Positions 35,901 to 50,900 of a stretch of 64,000 nt of DNA are shown here, in pieces. Origin of the DNA: Eledone cirrhosa (Eukaryota); NCBI GenBank assembly GCA_964016885.1, contig OZ024740.1:441254001-441318000 (forward strand), written 5' to 3'. Within the stretch, counting starts at the first letter, position 1, and every line of letters starts with the position of its first letter. Below the pieces are notes generated by a model. It worked only from the letters and a program-made list of their open reading frames with translations. It made no database searches and was not told the DNA's origin. The translations under genes and the position numbers were made by a program.

Positions 35901-38900
35901 TATGTGTGTCTCTGTATGTGTATGTGTGTCTCTGTATGTGTATGTGTGTCTCTGTATGTGTGTCTCTGTATGTGTATGTGTGTCTCTGTATGTGTATGTG
36001 TGTCTCTGTATGTGTATGTGTGTCTCTGTGTGTGTATGTGTGTCTCTGTATGTGTATGTGTGTCTCTGTATGTGTGTCTCTGTATGTGTATGTGTGTCTC
36101 TGTATTTGTATGTGTGTCTCTGTATGTGTATGTGTGTCTCTGTGTGTGTATGTGTGTCTCTGTGTGTGTATGTGTGTCTCTGTGTGTGTATGTGTGTCTC
36201 TGTATGTGTATGTGTGTCGCTGTATGTGTATGTGTGTCTCTGTATGTGTATGTGTGTCTCTGTGTGTGTATGTGTGTCTCCGTATGTGCATGTGTGTCTC
36301 CGTATGTGCATGTGTGTCTCTGTGTGTGTGTCTCTGTATGTGTATGTGTGTCTCTGTATGTGTATGTGTGTCTCTGTATGTGTATGTGTGTCTCTGTGTG
36401 TGTATGTGTGTCTCTGTGTGTGTATGTGTGTCTCTGTATGTGTATGTGTGTCGCTGTATGTGTATGTGTGTCTCTGTATGTGTATGTGTGTCTCTGTGTG
36501 TGTATGTGTGTCTCCGTATGTGTATGTGTGTCTCTGTGTGTGTGTCTCTGTATGTGTATGTGTGTCTCTGTATGTGTATGTGTGTCTCTGTATGTGTATG
36601 TGTGTCTCTGTGTGTATGTGTGTATGTGTGTCTCTGTGTGTGTGTCTCTGTGTGTGTATGTGTGTTTCTGTATGTGTATGTGTGTCTTTGTATGTGTATG
36701 TGTGTCTCTGTATGTGTATGTGTGTCTCTGTATGTGTATGTGTGTCTCTGTATGTGTATGTGTGTCTCTGTGTGTGTATGTGTGTCTCTGTATGTGTATG
36801 TGTATCTCTGTATGTGTATGTGTGTCTCTGTATGTGTATGTGTGTCTCTGTATGTGTATGTGTGTCTCTGTGTGTGTATGTGTGTCTCTGTGTGTGTGTC
36901 TCTGTGTGTGTATGTGTGTCTCTGTATGTGTATGTGTGTCTCTGTGTGTGTCTCTCTGTATGTGTATGTGTGTCTCTGTATGTGTATGTGTGTCTCTGTA
37001 TGTGTATGTGTGTCTCTGTATGTGTATGTGTGTCTCTGTGTGTGTATGTGTGTCTCTGTATGTGTATGTGTGTCTCTGTATGTGTATGTGTGTCTCTGTA
37101 TGTGTATGTGTGTCTCTGTGTGTGTATGTGTGTCTCTGTGTGTATGTGTGTCTCTGTATGTGTATGTGTGTCTCTGTGTGTGTGTCTCTGTATGTGTATG
37201 TGTGTCTCTGTATGTGTATGTGTGTCTCTGTATGTGTATGTGTGTCTCTGTATGTGTATGTGTGTCTCTGCGTGTGTATGTGTGTCTCTGTATGTGTATG
37301 TGTGTCTCTGTATGTGTATGTGTGTCTCTGTATGTGTGTCTCTGTATGTGTATGTGTGTCTCTGTATGTGTATGTGTGTCTATGTATGTGTGTGTGTGTC
37401 TCTGTGTGTGTATGTGTGTCTCTATATGTGTGTGTGTGTCGCTGTATGTGTGTCTCTGTCTCTGTATGTGTGTCTCTGTATGTGTGTCGCTGTATGTGTA
37501 TGTGTGTCTCTGTATGTGTATGTGTGTCTCTTTATGTGTATGTGTGTCTCTGTGTGTGTATGTGTGTCTCTGTATGTGTATGTGTGTCTCTGTGTGTGTA
37601 TGTGTGTCTCTGTATGTGTATGTGTGTCTCTGTGTGTGTATGTGTGTCTCTGTATGTGTATGTGTGTCTCTGTGTGTGTATGTGTGTCTCTGTATGTATG
37701 TCGCTGTATGTGTATGTGTGTCTCTGTATGTGTATGTGTGTCTCTGTGTGTGTGTCTCTGTATGTGTATGTGTGTCTCTGTATGTGTATGTGTGTCTGTG
37801 TGTGTGTGTCTCTGTGTGTGTATGTGTGTCTCTGTGTGTGTATGTGTGTCTCTGTATGTGTATGTGTGTCTCTGTATCTGTATGTGTGTCTCTGTGTGTG
37901 TATGTGTGTCTCTGTATGTATATGTGTGTCTCTGTATGTGTGTCTCTGTATATGTATGTGTGTCTCTGTGTGTGTATGTGTGTCTCTGTATGTGTATGTG
38001 TGTCTCTGTATGTGTATGTGTGTCTCTGTATGTGTATGTGTGTCTCTGTATGTGTATGTGTGTCTCTGTGTGTGTATGTGTGTCTCTGTATGTGTATGTG
38101 TGTCTCTGTATGTGTATGTGTGTCTCTGTCTGTGTATGTGTGTCTCTGTATGTGTATGTGTGTCTCTGTAAGTGTATGTGTGTCTCTGTGTGTGTATGTG
38201 TGTCTCTGTATGTGTATGTGTGTCTCTGTGTGTGTATGTGTGTCTCTGTATGTGTATGTGTGTCTCTGTATGTGTATGTGTGTCTCTGTGTGTGTATGTG
38301 TGTCTCTGTATGTGTATGTGTGTCTCTGTATGTGTGTCTCTGTATGTGTATGTGTGTCTCTGTATGTGTATGTGTGTCTCTGTATGTGTATGTGTGTCTC
38401 TGTGTGTGTATGTGTGTCTCTGTGTGTGTATGTGTGTCTCTGTGTGTGTATGTGTGTCTCTGTATGTGTATGTGTGTCGCTGTATGTGTATGTGTGTCTC
38501 TGTATGTGTATGTGTGTCTCTGTGTGTGTATGTGTGTCTCCGTATGTGTATGTGTGTCTCTGTGTGTGTGTCTCTGTATGTGTGTCTCTGTATGTGTATG
38601 TGTGTCTCTGTGTGTATGTGTGTATGTGTGTCTCTCTGTGTGTGTCTCTGTGTGTGTATGTGTGTCTCTGTATGTGTATGTGTGTCTCTGTATGTGTATG
38701 TGTGTCTCTGTATGTGTATGTGTGTCTCTGTATGTGTATGTGTGTCTCTGTATGTGTATGTGTGTCTCTGTGTGTGTATGTGTGTCTCTGTATGTGTATG
38801 TGTGTCTCTGTATGTGTATGTGTGTCTCTGTATGTGTATGTGTGTCTCTGTATGTGTATGTGTGTCTCTGTATGTGTATGTGTGTCTCTGTGTGTGTATG

Positions 38901-41900
38901 TGTGTCTCTGTATGTGTATGTGTGTCTCTGTATGTGTATGTGTGTCTCTGTATGTGTATGTGTGTCTCTGTATGTGTATGTGTGTCTCTGTGTGTGTATG
39001 TGTGTCTCTGTATGTGTATGTGTGTCTCTGTATGTGTATGTGTGTCTCTGTATGTGTATGTGTGTCTCTGTATGTGTATGTGTGTCTCTGTGTGTGTATG
39101 TGTGTCTCTGTGTGTGTATGTGTGTCTCTGTATGTGTATGTGTGTCTCTGTATGTGTATGTGTGTCTCTGTATGTGTATGTGTGTCTCTGTATGTGTATG
39201 TGTGTCTCTGTGTGTGTATGTGTGTCTCTGTGTGTGTATGTGTGTCTCTGTATGTGTATGTGTGTCTGTGTGTGTGTGTCTCTGTATGTGTATGTGTGTC
39301 TCTGTATGTGTATGTGTGTCTCTGTATGTGTATGTGTGTCTCTGTATGTGTATGTGTGTCTCTGTGTGTGTATGTGTGTCTCTGTATGTGTATGTGTGTC
39401 TCTGTATGTGTATGTGTGTCTCTGTATGTGTATGTGTGCCTCTGTGTGTGTATGTGTGTCTCTGTGTGTGTATGTGTGTCTCTGTGTGTGTATGTGTGTC
39501 TCTGTATGTGTATGTGTGTCTGTGTGTGTGTGTCTCTGTATGTGTATGTGTGTCTCTGTATGTGTATGTGTGTCTCTGTATGTGTATGTGTGTCTCTGTA
39601 TGTGTATGTGTGTCTCTGTATGTGTATGTGTGTCTCTGTGTGTGTATGTGTGTCTCTGTGTGTGTGTCTCTGTGTGTGTATGTGTGTCTGTGTGTGTGTG
39701 TCTCTGTATGTGTATGTGTGTCTCTGTATGTGTATGTGTGTCTCTGTGTGTGTATGTGTGTCTCTGTATGTGTATGTGTGTCTCTGTATGTGTATGTGTG
39801 TCTCTGTATGTGTGTCTCTGTATGTGTATGTGTGTCTCTGTATGTGTATGTGTGTCTCTGTATGTGTGTGTGTGTCTCTGTGTGTGTATGTGTGTTTCTG
39901 TATATGTATGTGTGTCTCTGTGTGTGTATGTGTGTTTCTGTATGTGTATGTGTGTCTCTGTATGTGTATGTGTGTCGCTGTATGTGTATGTGTGTCTCTG
40001 TATGTGTATGTGTGTCTCTGTGTGTGTATGTGTGTCTCCGTATGTGCATGTGTGTCTCTGTGTGTGTGTCTCTGTATGTGTATGTGTGTCTCTGTATGTG
40101 TATGTGTGTCTCTGTATGTGTATGTGTGTCTCTGTGTGTGTATGTGTGTCTCTGTGTGTGTATGTGTGTCTCTGTATGTGTATGTGTGTCGCTGTATGTG
40201 TATGTGTGTCTCTGTATGTGTATGTGTGTCTCTGTGTGTGTATGTGTGTCTCCGTATGTGTATGTGTGTCTCTGTGTGTGTGTCTCTGTATGTGTATGTG
40301 TGTCTCTGTATGTGTATGTGTGTCTCTGTATGTGTATGTGTGTCTCTGTATGTGTATGTGTGTCTCTGTGTGTGTATGTGTGTCTCTGTGTGTGTGTCTC
40401 TGTGTGTGTATGTGTGTCTCTGTATGTGTATGTGTGTCTCTGTGTGTGTGTCTCTGTATGTGTATGTGTGTCTCTGTATGTGTATGTGTGTCTCTGTATG
40501 TGTATGTGTGTCTCTGTATGTGTATGTGTGTCTCTGTATGTGTATGTGTGTCTCTGTGTGTGCATATGTGTCTCTGTATGTGTATGTGTGTCTCTGTATG
40601 TGTATGTGTGTCTCTGTATGTGTATGTGTGTCTCTGTATGTGTATGTGTGTCTCTGTGTGTGTATGTGTGTCTCTGTATGTGTATGTGTATCTCTGTATG
40701 TGTATGTGTGTCTCTGTATGTGTATGTGTGTCTCTGTATGTGTATGTGTGTCTCTGTGTGTGTATGTGTGTCTCTGTGTGTGTGTCTCTGTGTGTGTATG
40801 TGTGTCTCTGTGTGCGTGTCTCTGTATGTGTATGTGTGTCTCTGTATGTGTATGTGTGTCTCTGTATGTGTATGTGTGTCTCTGTATGTGTATGTGTGTC
40901 TCTGTGTGTGTATGTGTGTCTCTGTATGTGTATGTGTGTCTCTGTATGTGTATGTGTGTCTCTGTATGTGTGTCTCTGTATGTGTATGTGTGTCTATGTA
41001 TGTGTGTGTGTGTCTCTGTGTGTGTATGTGTGTCTCTATATGTGTGTGTGTGTCGCTGTATGTGTGTCTCTGTCTCTGTATGTGTGTCTCTGTATGTGTG
41101 TCGCTGTATGTGTATGTGTGTCTCTGTATGTGTATGTGTGTCTCTTTATGTGTATGTGTGTCTCTGTGTGTGTATGTGTGTCTCTGTATGTGTATGTGTG
41201 TCTCTGTGTGTGTATGTGTGTCTCTGTATGTGTATGTGTGTCTCTGTGTGTGTATGTGTGTCTCTGTATGTATGTCGCTGTATGTGTATGTGTGTCTCTG
41301 TATGTGTATGTGTGTCTCTGTGTGTGTGTCTCTGTATGTGTATGTGTGTCTCTGTATGTGTATGTGTGTCTGTGTGTGTGTGTCTCTGTGTGTGTATGTG
41401 TGTCTCTGTGTGTGTATGTGTGTCTCTGTATGTGTATGTGTGTCTCTGTATCTGTATGTGTGTCTCTGTGTGTGTATGTGTGTCTCTGTATGTATATGTG
41501 TGTCTCTGTATGTGTGTCTCTGTATATGTATGTGTGTCTCTGTGTGTGTATGTGTGTCTCTGTATGTGTATGTGTGTCTCTGTATGTGTATGTGTGTCTC
41601 TGTATGTGTATGTGTGTCTCTGTATGTGTATGTGTGTCTCTGTGTGTGTATGTGTGTCTCTGTATGTGTATGTGTGTCTCTGTATGTGTATGTGTGTCTC
41701 TGTCTGTGTATGTGTGTCTCTGTATGTGTATGTGTGTCTCTGTAAGTGTATGTGTGTCTCTGTGTGTGTATGTGTGTCTCTGTATGTGTATGTGTGTCTC
41801 TGTGTGTGTATGTGTGTCTCTGTATGTGTATGTGTGTCTCTGTATGTGTATGTGTGTCTCTGTGTGTGTATGTGTGTCTCTGTATGTGTATGTGTGTCTC

Positions 41901-44900
41901 TGTATGTGTGTCTCTGTATGTGTATGTGTGTCTCTGTATGTGTATGTGTGTCTCTGTATGTGTATGTGTGTCTCTGTGTGTGTATGTGTGTCTCTGTGTG
42001 TGTATGTGTGTCTCTGTGTGTGTATGTGTGTCTCTGTATGTGTATGTGTGTCGCTGTATGTGTATGTGTGTCTCTGTATGTGTATGTGTGTCTCTGTGTG
42101 TGTATGTGTGTCTCCGTATGTGTATGTGTGTCTCTGTGTGTGTGTCTCTGTATGTGTGTCTCTGTATGTGTATGTGTGTCTCTGTGTGTATGTGTGTATG
42201 TGTGTCTCTCTGTGTGTGTCTCTGTGTGTGTATGTGTGTCTCTGTATGTGTATGTGTGTCTCTGTATGTGTATGTGTGTCTCTGTATGTGTATGTGTGTC
42301 TCTGTATGTGTATGTGTGTCTCTGTATGTGTATGTGTGTCTCTGTGTGTGTATGTGTGTCTCTGTATGTGTATGTGTGTCTCTGTATGTGTATGTGTGTC
42401 TCTGTATGTGTATGTGTGTCTCTGTATGTGTATGTGTGTCTCTGTATGTGTATGTGTGTCTCTGTGTGTGTATGTGTGTCTCTGTATGTGTATGTGTGTC
42501 TCTGTATGTGTATGTGTGTCTCTGTATGTGTATGTGTGTCTCTGTATGTGTATGTGTGTCTCTGTGTGTGTATGTGTGTCTCTGTATGTGTGTCTCTGTG
42601 TGTGTATGTGTGTCTCTGTATGTGTATGTGTGTCTCTGTATGTGTATGTGTGTCTCTGTATGTGTATGTGTGTCTCTGTATGTGTATGTGTGTCTCTGTA
42701 TGTGTATGTGTGTCTCTGTATGTGTATGTGTGTCTCTGTATGTGTATGTGTGTCTCTGTATGTGTATGTGTGTCTCTGTATGTGTATGTGTGTCTCTGTA
42801 TGTGTATGTGTGTCTCTGTGTGTGTATGTGTGTCTCTGTGTGTGTATGTGTGTCTCTGTATGTGTATGTGTGTCTGTGTGTGTGTGTCTCTGTATGTGTA
42901 TGTGTGTCTCTGTATGTGTATGTGTGTCTCTGTATGTGTATGTGTGTCTCTGTATGTGTATGTGTGCCTCTGTGTGTGTATGTGTGTCTCTGTATGTGTA
43001 TGTGTGTCTCTGTATGTGTATGTGTGTCTCTGTATGTGTATGTGTGTCTCTGTATGTGTATGTGTGTCTCTGTGTGTGTATGTGTGTCTCTGTGTGTGTG
43101 TCTCTGTGTGTGTATGTGTGTCTCTGTATGTGTATGTGTGTCTCTGTGTGTGTGTCTCTGTGTGTGTATGTGTGTCTCTGTATGTGTATGTGTGTCTCTG
43201 TATGTGTATGTGTGTCTCTGTATGTGTATGTGTGTCTCTGTGTGTGTATGTGTGTCTCTGTATGTGTATGTGTGTCTCTGTGTGTGTATGTGTGTCTCTG
43301 TATGTGTGTCTCTGTATGTGTATGTGTGTCTCTGTATGTGTATGTGTGTCTCTGTATGTGTATGTGTGTCTCTGTATGTGTATGTGTGTCTCTGTGTGTG
43401 TATGTGTGTCTCTGTATGTGTATGTGTGTCTCTGTGTGTGTATGTGTGTCTCTGTATGTGTATGTGTGTCTCTGTGTGTGTATGTGTGTCTCTGTATGTG
43501 TGTCTCTGTATGTGTGTCTCTGTGTGTGTATGTGTGTCTCTGTATGTGTATGTGTGTCTCTGTATGTGTATGTGTGTCTCTGTATGTGTATGTGTGTCTC
43601 TGTGTGTGTATGTGTGTCTCTGTATGTGTGTCTCTGTATGTGTATGTGTGTCTCTGTATATGTGTGTGTGTCTCTGTATGTGTATGTGTGTCTGTGTGTG
43701 TGTGTCTCTGTATGTGTATGTGTGTCTCTGTATGTGTATGTGTGTCTCTGTGTGTGTATGTGTGTCTCTGTGTGTGTATGTGTGTCTCTGTATGTGTATG
43801 TGTGTCTCTGTATGTGTGTCTCTGTATGTGTATGTGTGTCTCTGTATGTGTATGTGTGTCTCTGTATGTGTATGTGTGTCTCTGTGTGTGTATGTGTGTC
43901 TCTGTATGTGTATGTGTGTCTCTGTATGTGTGTCTCTGTATGTGTATGTGTGTCTCTGTATTTGTATGTGTGTCTCTGTATGTGTATGTGTGTCTCTGTG
44001 TGTGTATGTGTGTCTCTGTGTGTGTATGTGTGTCTCTGTGTGTGTATGTGTGTCTCTGTATGTGTATGTGTGTCGCTGTATGTGTATGTGTGTCTCTGTA
44101 TGTGTATGTGTGTCTCTGTGTGTGTATGTGTGTCTCCGTATGTGCATGTGTGTCTCTGTGTGTGTGTCTCTGTATGTGTATGTGTGTCTCTGTATGTGTA
44201 TGTGTGTCTCTGTATGTGTATGTGTGTCTCTGTGTGTGTATGTGTGTCTCTGTGTGTGTATGTGTGTCTCTGTATGTGTATGTGTGTCGCTGTATGTGTA
44301 TGTGTGTCTCTGTATGTGTATGTGTGTCTCTGTGTGTGTATGTGTGTCTCCGTATGTGTATGTGTGTCTCTGTGTGTGTGTCTCTGTATGTGTATGTGTG
44401 TCTCTGTATGTGTATGTGTGTCTCTGTATGTGTATGTGTGTCTCTGTGTGTATGTGTGTATGTGTGTCTCTGTGTGTGTGTCTCTGTGTGTGTATGTGTG
44501 TTTCTGTATGTGTATGTGTGTCTTTGTATGTGTATGTGTGTCTCTGTATGTGTATGTGTGTCTCTGTATGTGTATGTGTGTCTCTGTATGTGTATGTGTG
44601 TCTCTGTGTGTGTATGTGTGTCTCTGTATGTGTATGTGTATCTCTGTATGTGTATGTGTGTCTCTGTATGTGTATGTGTGTCTCTGTATGTGTATGTGTG
44701 TCTCTGTGTGTGTATGTGTGTCTCTGTGTGTGTGTCTCTGTGTGTGTATGTGTGTCTCTGTATGTGTATGTGTGTCTCTGTGTGTGTCTCTCTGTATGTG
44801 TATGTGTGTCTCTGTATGTGTATGTGTGTCTCTGTATGTGTATGTGTGTCTCTGTATGTGTATGTGTGTCTCTGTGTGTGTATGTGTGTCTCTGTATGTG

Positions 44901-47900
44901 TATGTGTGTCTCTGTATGTGTATGTGTGTCTCTGTATGTGTATGTGTGTCTCTGTGTGTGTATGTGTGTCTCTGTGTGTATGTGTGTCTCTGTATGTGTA
45001 TGTGTGTCTCTGTGTGTGTGTCTCTGTATGTGTATGTGTGTCTCTGTATGTGTATGTGTGTCTCTGTATGTGTATGTGTGTCTCTGTATGTGTATGTGTG
45101 TCTCTGCGTGTGTATGTGTGTCTCTGTATGTGTATGTGTGTCTCTGTATGTGTATGTGTGTCTCTGTATGTGTGTCTCTGTATGTGTATGTGTGTCTCTG
45201 TATGTGTATGTGTGTCTATGTATGTGTGTGTGTGTCTCTGTGTGTGTATGTGTGTCTCTATATGTGTGTGTGTGTCGCTGTATGTGTGTCTCTGTCTCTG
45301 TATGTGTGTCTCTGTATGTGTGTCGCTGTATGTGTATGTGTGTCTCTGTATGTGTATGTGTGTCTCTTTATGTGTATGTGTGTCTCTGTGTGTGTATGTG
45401 TGTCTCTGTATGTGTATGTGTGTCTCTGTGTGTGTATGTGTGTCTCTGTATGTGTATGTGTGTCTCTGTGTGTGTATGTGTGTCTCTGTATGTGTATGTG
45501 TGTCTCTGTGTGTGTATGTGTGTCTCTGTATGTATGTCGCTGTATGTGTATGTGTGTCTCTGTATGTGTATGTGTGTCTCTGTGTGTGTGTCTCTGTATG
45601 TGTATGTGTGTCTCTGTATGTGTATGTGTGTCTGTGTGTGTGTGTCTCTGTGTGTGTATGTGTGTCTCTGTGTGTGTATGTGTGTCTCTGTATGTGTATG
45701 TGTGTCTCTGTATCTGTATGTGTGTCTCTGTGTGTGTATGTGTGTCTCTGTATGTATATGTGTGTCTCTGTATGTGTGTCTCTGTATATGTATGTGTGTC
45801 TCTGTGTGTGTATGTGTGTCTCTGTATGTGTATGTGTGTCTCTGTATGTGTATGTGTGTCTCTGTATGTGTATGTGTGTCTCTGTATGTGTATGTGTGTC
45901 TCTGTGTGTGTATGTGTGTCTCTGTATGTGTATGTGTGTCTCTGTATGTGTATGTGTGTCTCTGTCTGTGTATGTGTGTCTCTGTATGTGTATGTGTGTC
46001 TCTGTAAGTGTATGTGTGTCTCTGTGTGTGTATGTGTGTCTCTGTATGTGTATGTGTGTCTCTGTGTGTGTATGTGTGTCTCTGTATGTGTATGTGTGTC
46101 TCTGTATGTGTATGTGTGTCTCTGTGTGTGTATGTGTGTCTCTGTATGTGTATGTGTGTCTCTGTATGTGTGTCTCTGTATGTGTATGTGTGTCTCTGTA
46201 TGTGTATGTGTGTCTCTGTATGTGTATGTGTGTCTCTGTGTGTGTATGTGTGTCTCTGTGTGTGTATGTGTGTCTCTGTGTGTGTATGTGTGTCTCTGTA
46301 TGTGTATGTGTGTCGCTGTATGTGTATGTGTGTCTCTGTATGTGTATGTGTGTCTCTGTGTGTGTATGTGTGTCTCCGTATGTGTATGTGTGTCTCTGTG
46401 TGTGTGTCTCTGTATGTGTGTCTCTGTATGTGTATGTGTGTCTCTGTGTGTATGTGTGTATGTGTGTCTCTCTGTGTGTGTCTCTGTGTGTGTATGTGTG
46501 TCTCTGTATGTGTATGTGTGTCTCTGTATGTGTATGTGTGTCTCTGTATGTGTATGTGTGTCTCTGTATGTGTATGTGTGTCTCTGTATGTGTATGTGTG
46601 TCTCTGTGTGTGTATGTGTGTCTCTGTATGTGTATGTGTGTCTCTGTATGTGTATGTGTGTCTCTGTATGTGTATGTGTGTCTCTGTATGTGTATGTGTG
46701 TCTCTGTATGTGTATGTGTGTCTCTGTGTGTGTATGTGTGTCTCTGTATGTGTATGTGTGTCTCTGTATGTATATGTGTGTCTCTGTATGTGTATGTGTG
46801 TCTCTGTATGTGTATGTGTGTCTCTGTGTGTGTATGTGTGTCTCTGTATGTGTATGTGTGTCTCTGTATGTGTATGTGTGTCTCTGTATGTGTATGTGTG
46901 TCTCTGTATGTGTATGTGTGTCTCTGTGTGTGTATGTGTGTCTCTGTGTGTGTATGTGTGTCTCTGTATGTGTATGTGTGTCTCTGTATGTGTATGTGTG
47001 TCTCTGTATGTGTATGTGTGTCTCTGTATGTGTATGTGTGTCTCTGTGTGTGTATGTGTGTCTCTGTGTGTGTATGTGTGTCTCTGTATGTGTATGTGTG
47101 TCTGTGTGTGTGTGTCTCTGTATGTGTATGTGTGTCTCTGTATGTGTATGTGTGTCTCTGTATGTGTATGTGTGTCTCTGTATGTGTATGTGTGTCTCTG
47201 TGTGTGTATGTGTGTCTCTGTATGTGTATGTGTGTCTCTGTATGTGTATGTGTGTCTCTGTATGTGTATGTGTGCCTCTGTGTGTGTATGTGTGTCTCTG
47301 TGTGTGTATGTGTGTCTCTGTGTGTGTATGTGTGTCTCTGTATGTGTATGTGTGTCTGTGTGTGTGTGTCTCTGTATGTGTATGTGTGTCTCTGTATGTG
47401 TATGTGTGTCTCTGTATGTGTATGTGTGTCTCTGTATGTGTATGTGTGTCTCTGTATGTGTATGTGTGTCTCTGTGTGTGTATGTGTGTCTCTGTGTGTG
47501 TGTCTCTGTGTGTGTATGTGTGTCTGTGTGTGTGTGTCTCTGTATGTGTATGTGTGTCTCTGTATGTGTATGTGTGTCTCTGTGTGTGTATGTGTGTCTC
47601 TGTATGTGTATGTGTGTCTCTGTATGTGTATGTGTGTCTCTGTATGTGTGTCTCTGTATGTGTATGTGTGTCTCTGTATGTGTATGTGTGTCTCTGTATG
47701 TGTGTGTGTGTCTCTGTGTGTGTATGTGTGTTTCTGTATATGTATGTGTGTCTCTGTGTGTGTATGTGTGTTTCTGTATGTGTATGTGTGTCTCTGTATG
47801 TGTATGTGTGTCGCTGTATGTGTATGTGTGTCTCTGTATGTGTATGTGTGTCTCTGTGTGTGTATGTGTGTCTCCGTATGTGCATGTGTGTCTCTGTGTG

Positions 47901-50900
47901 TGTGTCTCTGTATGTGTATGTGTGTCTCTGTATGTGTATGTGTGTCTCTGTATGTGTATGTGTGTCTCTGTGTGTGTATGTGTGTCTCTGTGTGTGTATG
48001 TGTGTCTCTGTATGTGTATGTGTGTCGCTGTATGTGTATGTGTGTCTCTGTATGTGTATGTGTGTCTCTGTGTGTGTATGTGTGTCTCCGTATGTGTATG
48101 TGTGTCTCTGTGTGTGTGTCTCTGTATGTGTATGTGTGTCTCTGTATGTGTATGTGTGTCTCTGTATGTGTATGTGTGTCTCTGTATGTGTATGTGTGTC
48201 TCTGTGTGTGTATGTGTGTCTCTGTGTGTGTGTCTCTGTGTGTGTATGTGTGTCTCTGTATGTGTATGTGTGTCTCTGTGTGTGTGTCTCTGTATGTGTA
48301 TGTGTGTCTCTGTATGTGTATGTGTGTCTCTGTATGTGTATGTGTGTCTCTGTATGTGTATGTGTGTCTCTGTATGTGTATGTGTGTCTCTGTGTGTGTA
48401 TGTGTGTCTCTGTGTGTGTGTCTCTGTGTGTGTATGTGTGTCTCTGTATGTGTATGTGTGTCTCTGTGTGTGTCTCTCTGTATGTGTATGTGTGTCTCTG
48501 TATGTGTATGTGTGTCTCTGTATGTGTATGTGTGTCTCTGTATGTGTATGTGTGTCTCTGTGTGTGTATGTGTGTCTCTGTATGTGTATGTGTGTCTCTG
48601 TATGTGTATGTGTGTCTCTGTATGTGTATGTGTGTCTCTGTGTGTGTATGTGTGTCTCTGTGTGTATGTGTGTCTCTGTATGTGTATGTGTGTCTCTGTG
48701 TGTGTGTCTCTGTATGTGTATGTGTGTCTCTGTATGTGTATGTGTGTCTCTGTATGTGTATGTGTGTCTCTGTATGTGTATGTGTGTCTCTGCGTGTGTA
48801 TGTGTGTCTCTGTATGTGTATGTGTGTCTCTGTATGTGTATGTGTGTCTCTGTATGTGTGTCTCTGTATGTGTATGTGTGTCTCTGTATGTGTATGTGTG
48901 TCTATGTATGTGTGTGTGTGTCTCTGTGTGTGTATGTGTGTCTCTATATGTGTGTGTGTGTCGCTGTATGTGTGTCTCTGTCTCTGTATGTGTGTCTCTG
49001 TATGTGTGTCGCTGTATGTGTATGTGTGTCTCTGTATGTGTATGTGTGTCTCTTTATGTGTATGTGTGTCTCTGTGTGTGTATGTGTGTCTCTGTATGTG
49101 TATGTGTGTCTCTGTGTGTGTATGTGTGTCTCTGTATGTGTATGTGTGTCTCTGTGTGTGTATGTGTGTCTCTGTATGTGTATGTGTGTCTCTGTATGTG
49201 TGTCTCTGTATGTGTATGTGTGTCTCTGTATGTGTATGTGTGTCTCTGTATGTGTATGTGTGTCTCTGTGTGTGTATGTGTGTCTCTGTGTGTGTATGTG
49301 TGTCTCTGTGTGTGTATGTGTGTCTCTGTATGTGTATGTGTGTCGCTGTATGTGTATGTGTGTCTCTGTATGTGTATGTGTGTCTCTGTGTGTGTATGTG
49401 TGTCTCCGTATGTGTATGTGTGTCTCTGTGTGTGTGTCTCTGTATGTGTGTCTCTGTATGTGTATGTGTGTCTCTGTGTGTATGTGTGTATGTGTGTCTC
49501 TCTGTGTGTGTCTCTGTGTGTGTATGTGTGTCTCTGTATGTGTATGTGTGTCTCTGTATGTGTATGTGTGTCTCTGTATGTGTATGTGTGTCTCTGTATG
49601 TGTATGTGTGTCTCTGTATGTGTATGTGTGTCTCTGTGTGTGTATGTGTGTCTCTGTATGTGTATGTGTGTCTCTGTATGTGTATGTGTGTCTCTGTATG
49701 TGTATGTGTGTCTCTGTATGTGTATGTGTGTCTCTGTATGTGTATGTGTGTCTCTGTGTGTGTATGTGTGTCTCTGTATGTGTATGTGTGTCTCTGTATG
49801 TGTATGTGTGTCTCTGTATGTGTATGTGTGTCTCTGTATGTGTATGTGTGTCTCTGTGTGTGTATGTGTGTCTCTGTATGTGTGTCTCTGTGTGTGTATG
49901 TGTGTCTCTGTATGTGTATGTGTGTCTCTGTATGTGTATGTGTGTCTCTGTATGTGTATGTGTGTCTCTGTATGTGTATGTGTGTCTCTGTATGTGTATG
50001 TGTGTCTCTGTATGTGTATGTGTGTCTCTGTATGTGTATGTGTGTCTCTGTATGTGTATGTGTGTCTCTGTGTGTGTATGTGTGTCTCTGTGTGTGTATG
50101 TGTGTCTCTGTATGTGTATGTGTGTCTGTGTGTGTGTGTCTCTGTATGTGTATGTGTGTCTCTGTATGTGTATGTGTGTCTCTGTATGTGTATGTGTGTC
50201 TCTGTATGTGTATGTGTGCCTCTGTGTGTGTATGTGTGTCTCTGTATGTGTATGTGTGTCTCTGTATGTGTATGTGTGTCTCTGTATGTGTATGTGTGTC
50301 TCTGTATGTGTATGTGTGTCTCTGTGTGTGTATGTGTGTCTCTGTGTGTGTGTCTCTGTGTGTGTATGTGTGTCTCTGTATGTGTATGTGTGTCTCTGTG
50401 TGTGTGTCTCTGTGTGTGTATGTGTGTCTCTGTATGTGTATGTGTGTCTCTGTATGTGTATGTGTGTCTCTGTATGTGTATGTGTGTCTCTGTGTGTGTA
50501 TGTGTGTCTCTGTATGTGTATGTGTGTCTCTGTGTGTGTGTGTGTGTCTCTGTATGTGTATGTGTGTCTCTGTATGTGTATGTGTGTCTCTGTGTGTGTA
50601 TGTGTGTCTCTGTATGTGTGTCTCTGTATGTGTATGTGTGTCTCTGTATATGTGTGTGTGTCTCTGTATGTGTATGTGTGTCTGTGTGTGTGTGTCTCTG
50701 TATGTGTATGTGTGTCTCTGTATGTGTATGTGTGTCTCTGTGTGTGTATGTGTGTCTCTGTGTGTGTATGTGTGTCTCTGTATGTGTATGTGTGTCTCTG
50801 TATGTGTGTCTCTGTATGTGTATGTGTGTCTCTGTATGTGTGTGTGTGTCTCTGTGTGTGTATGTGTGTTTCTGTATATGTGTGTGTGTCTCTGTATGTG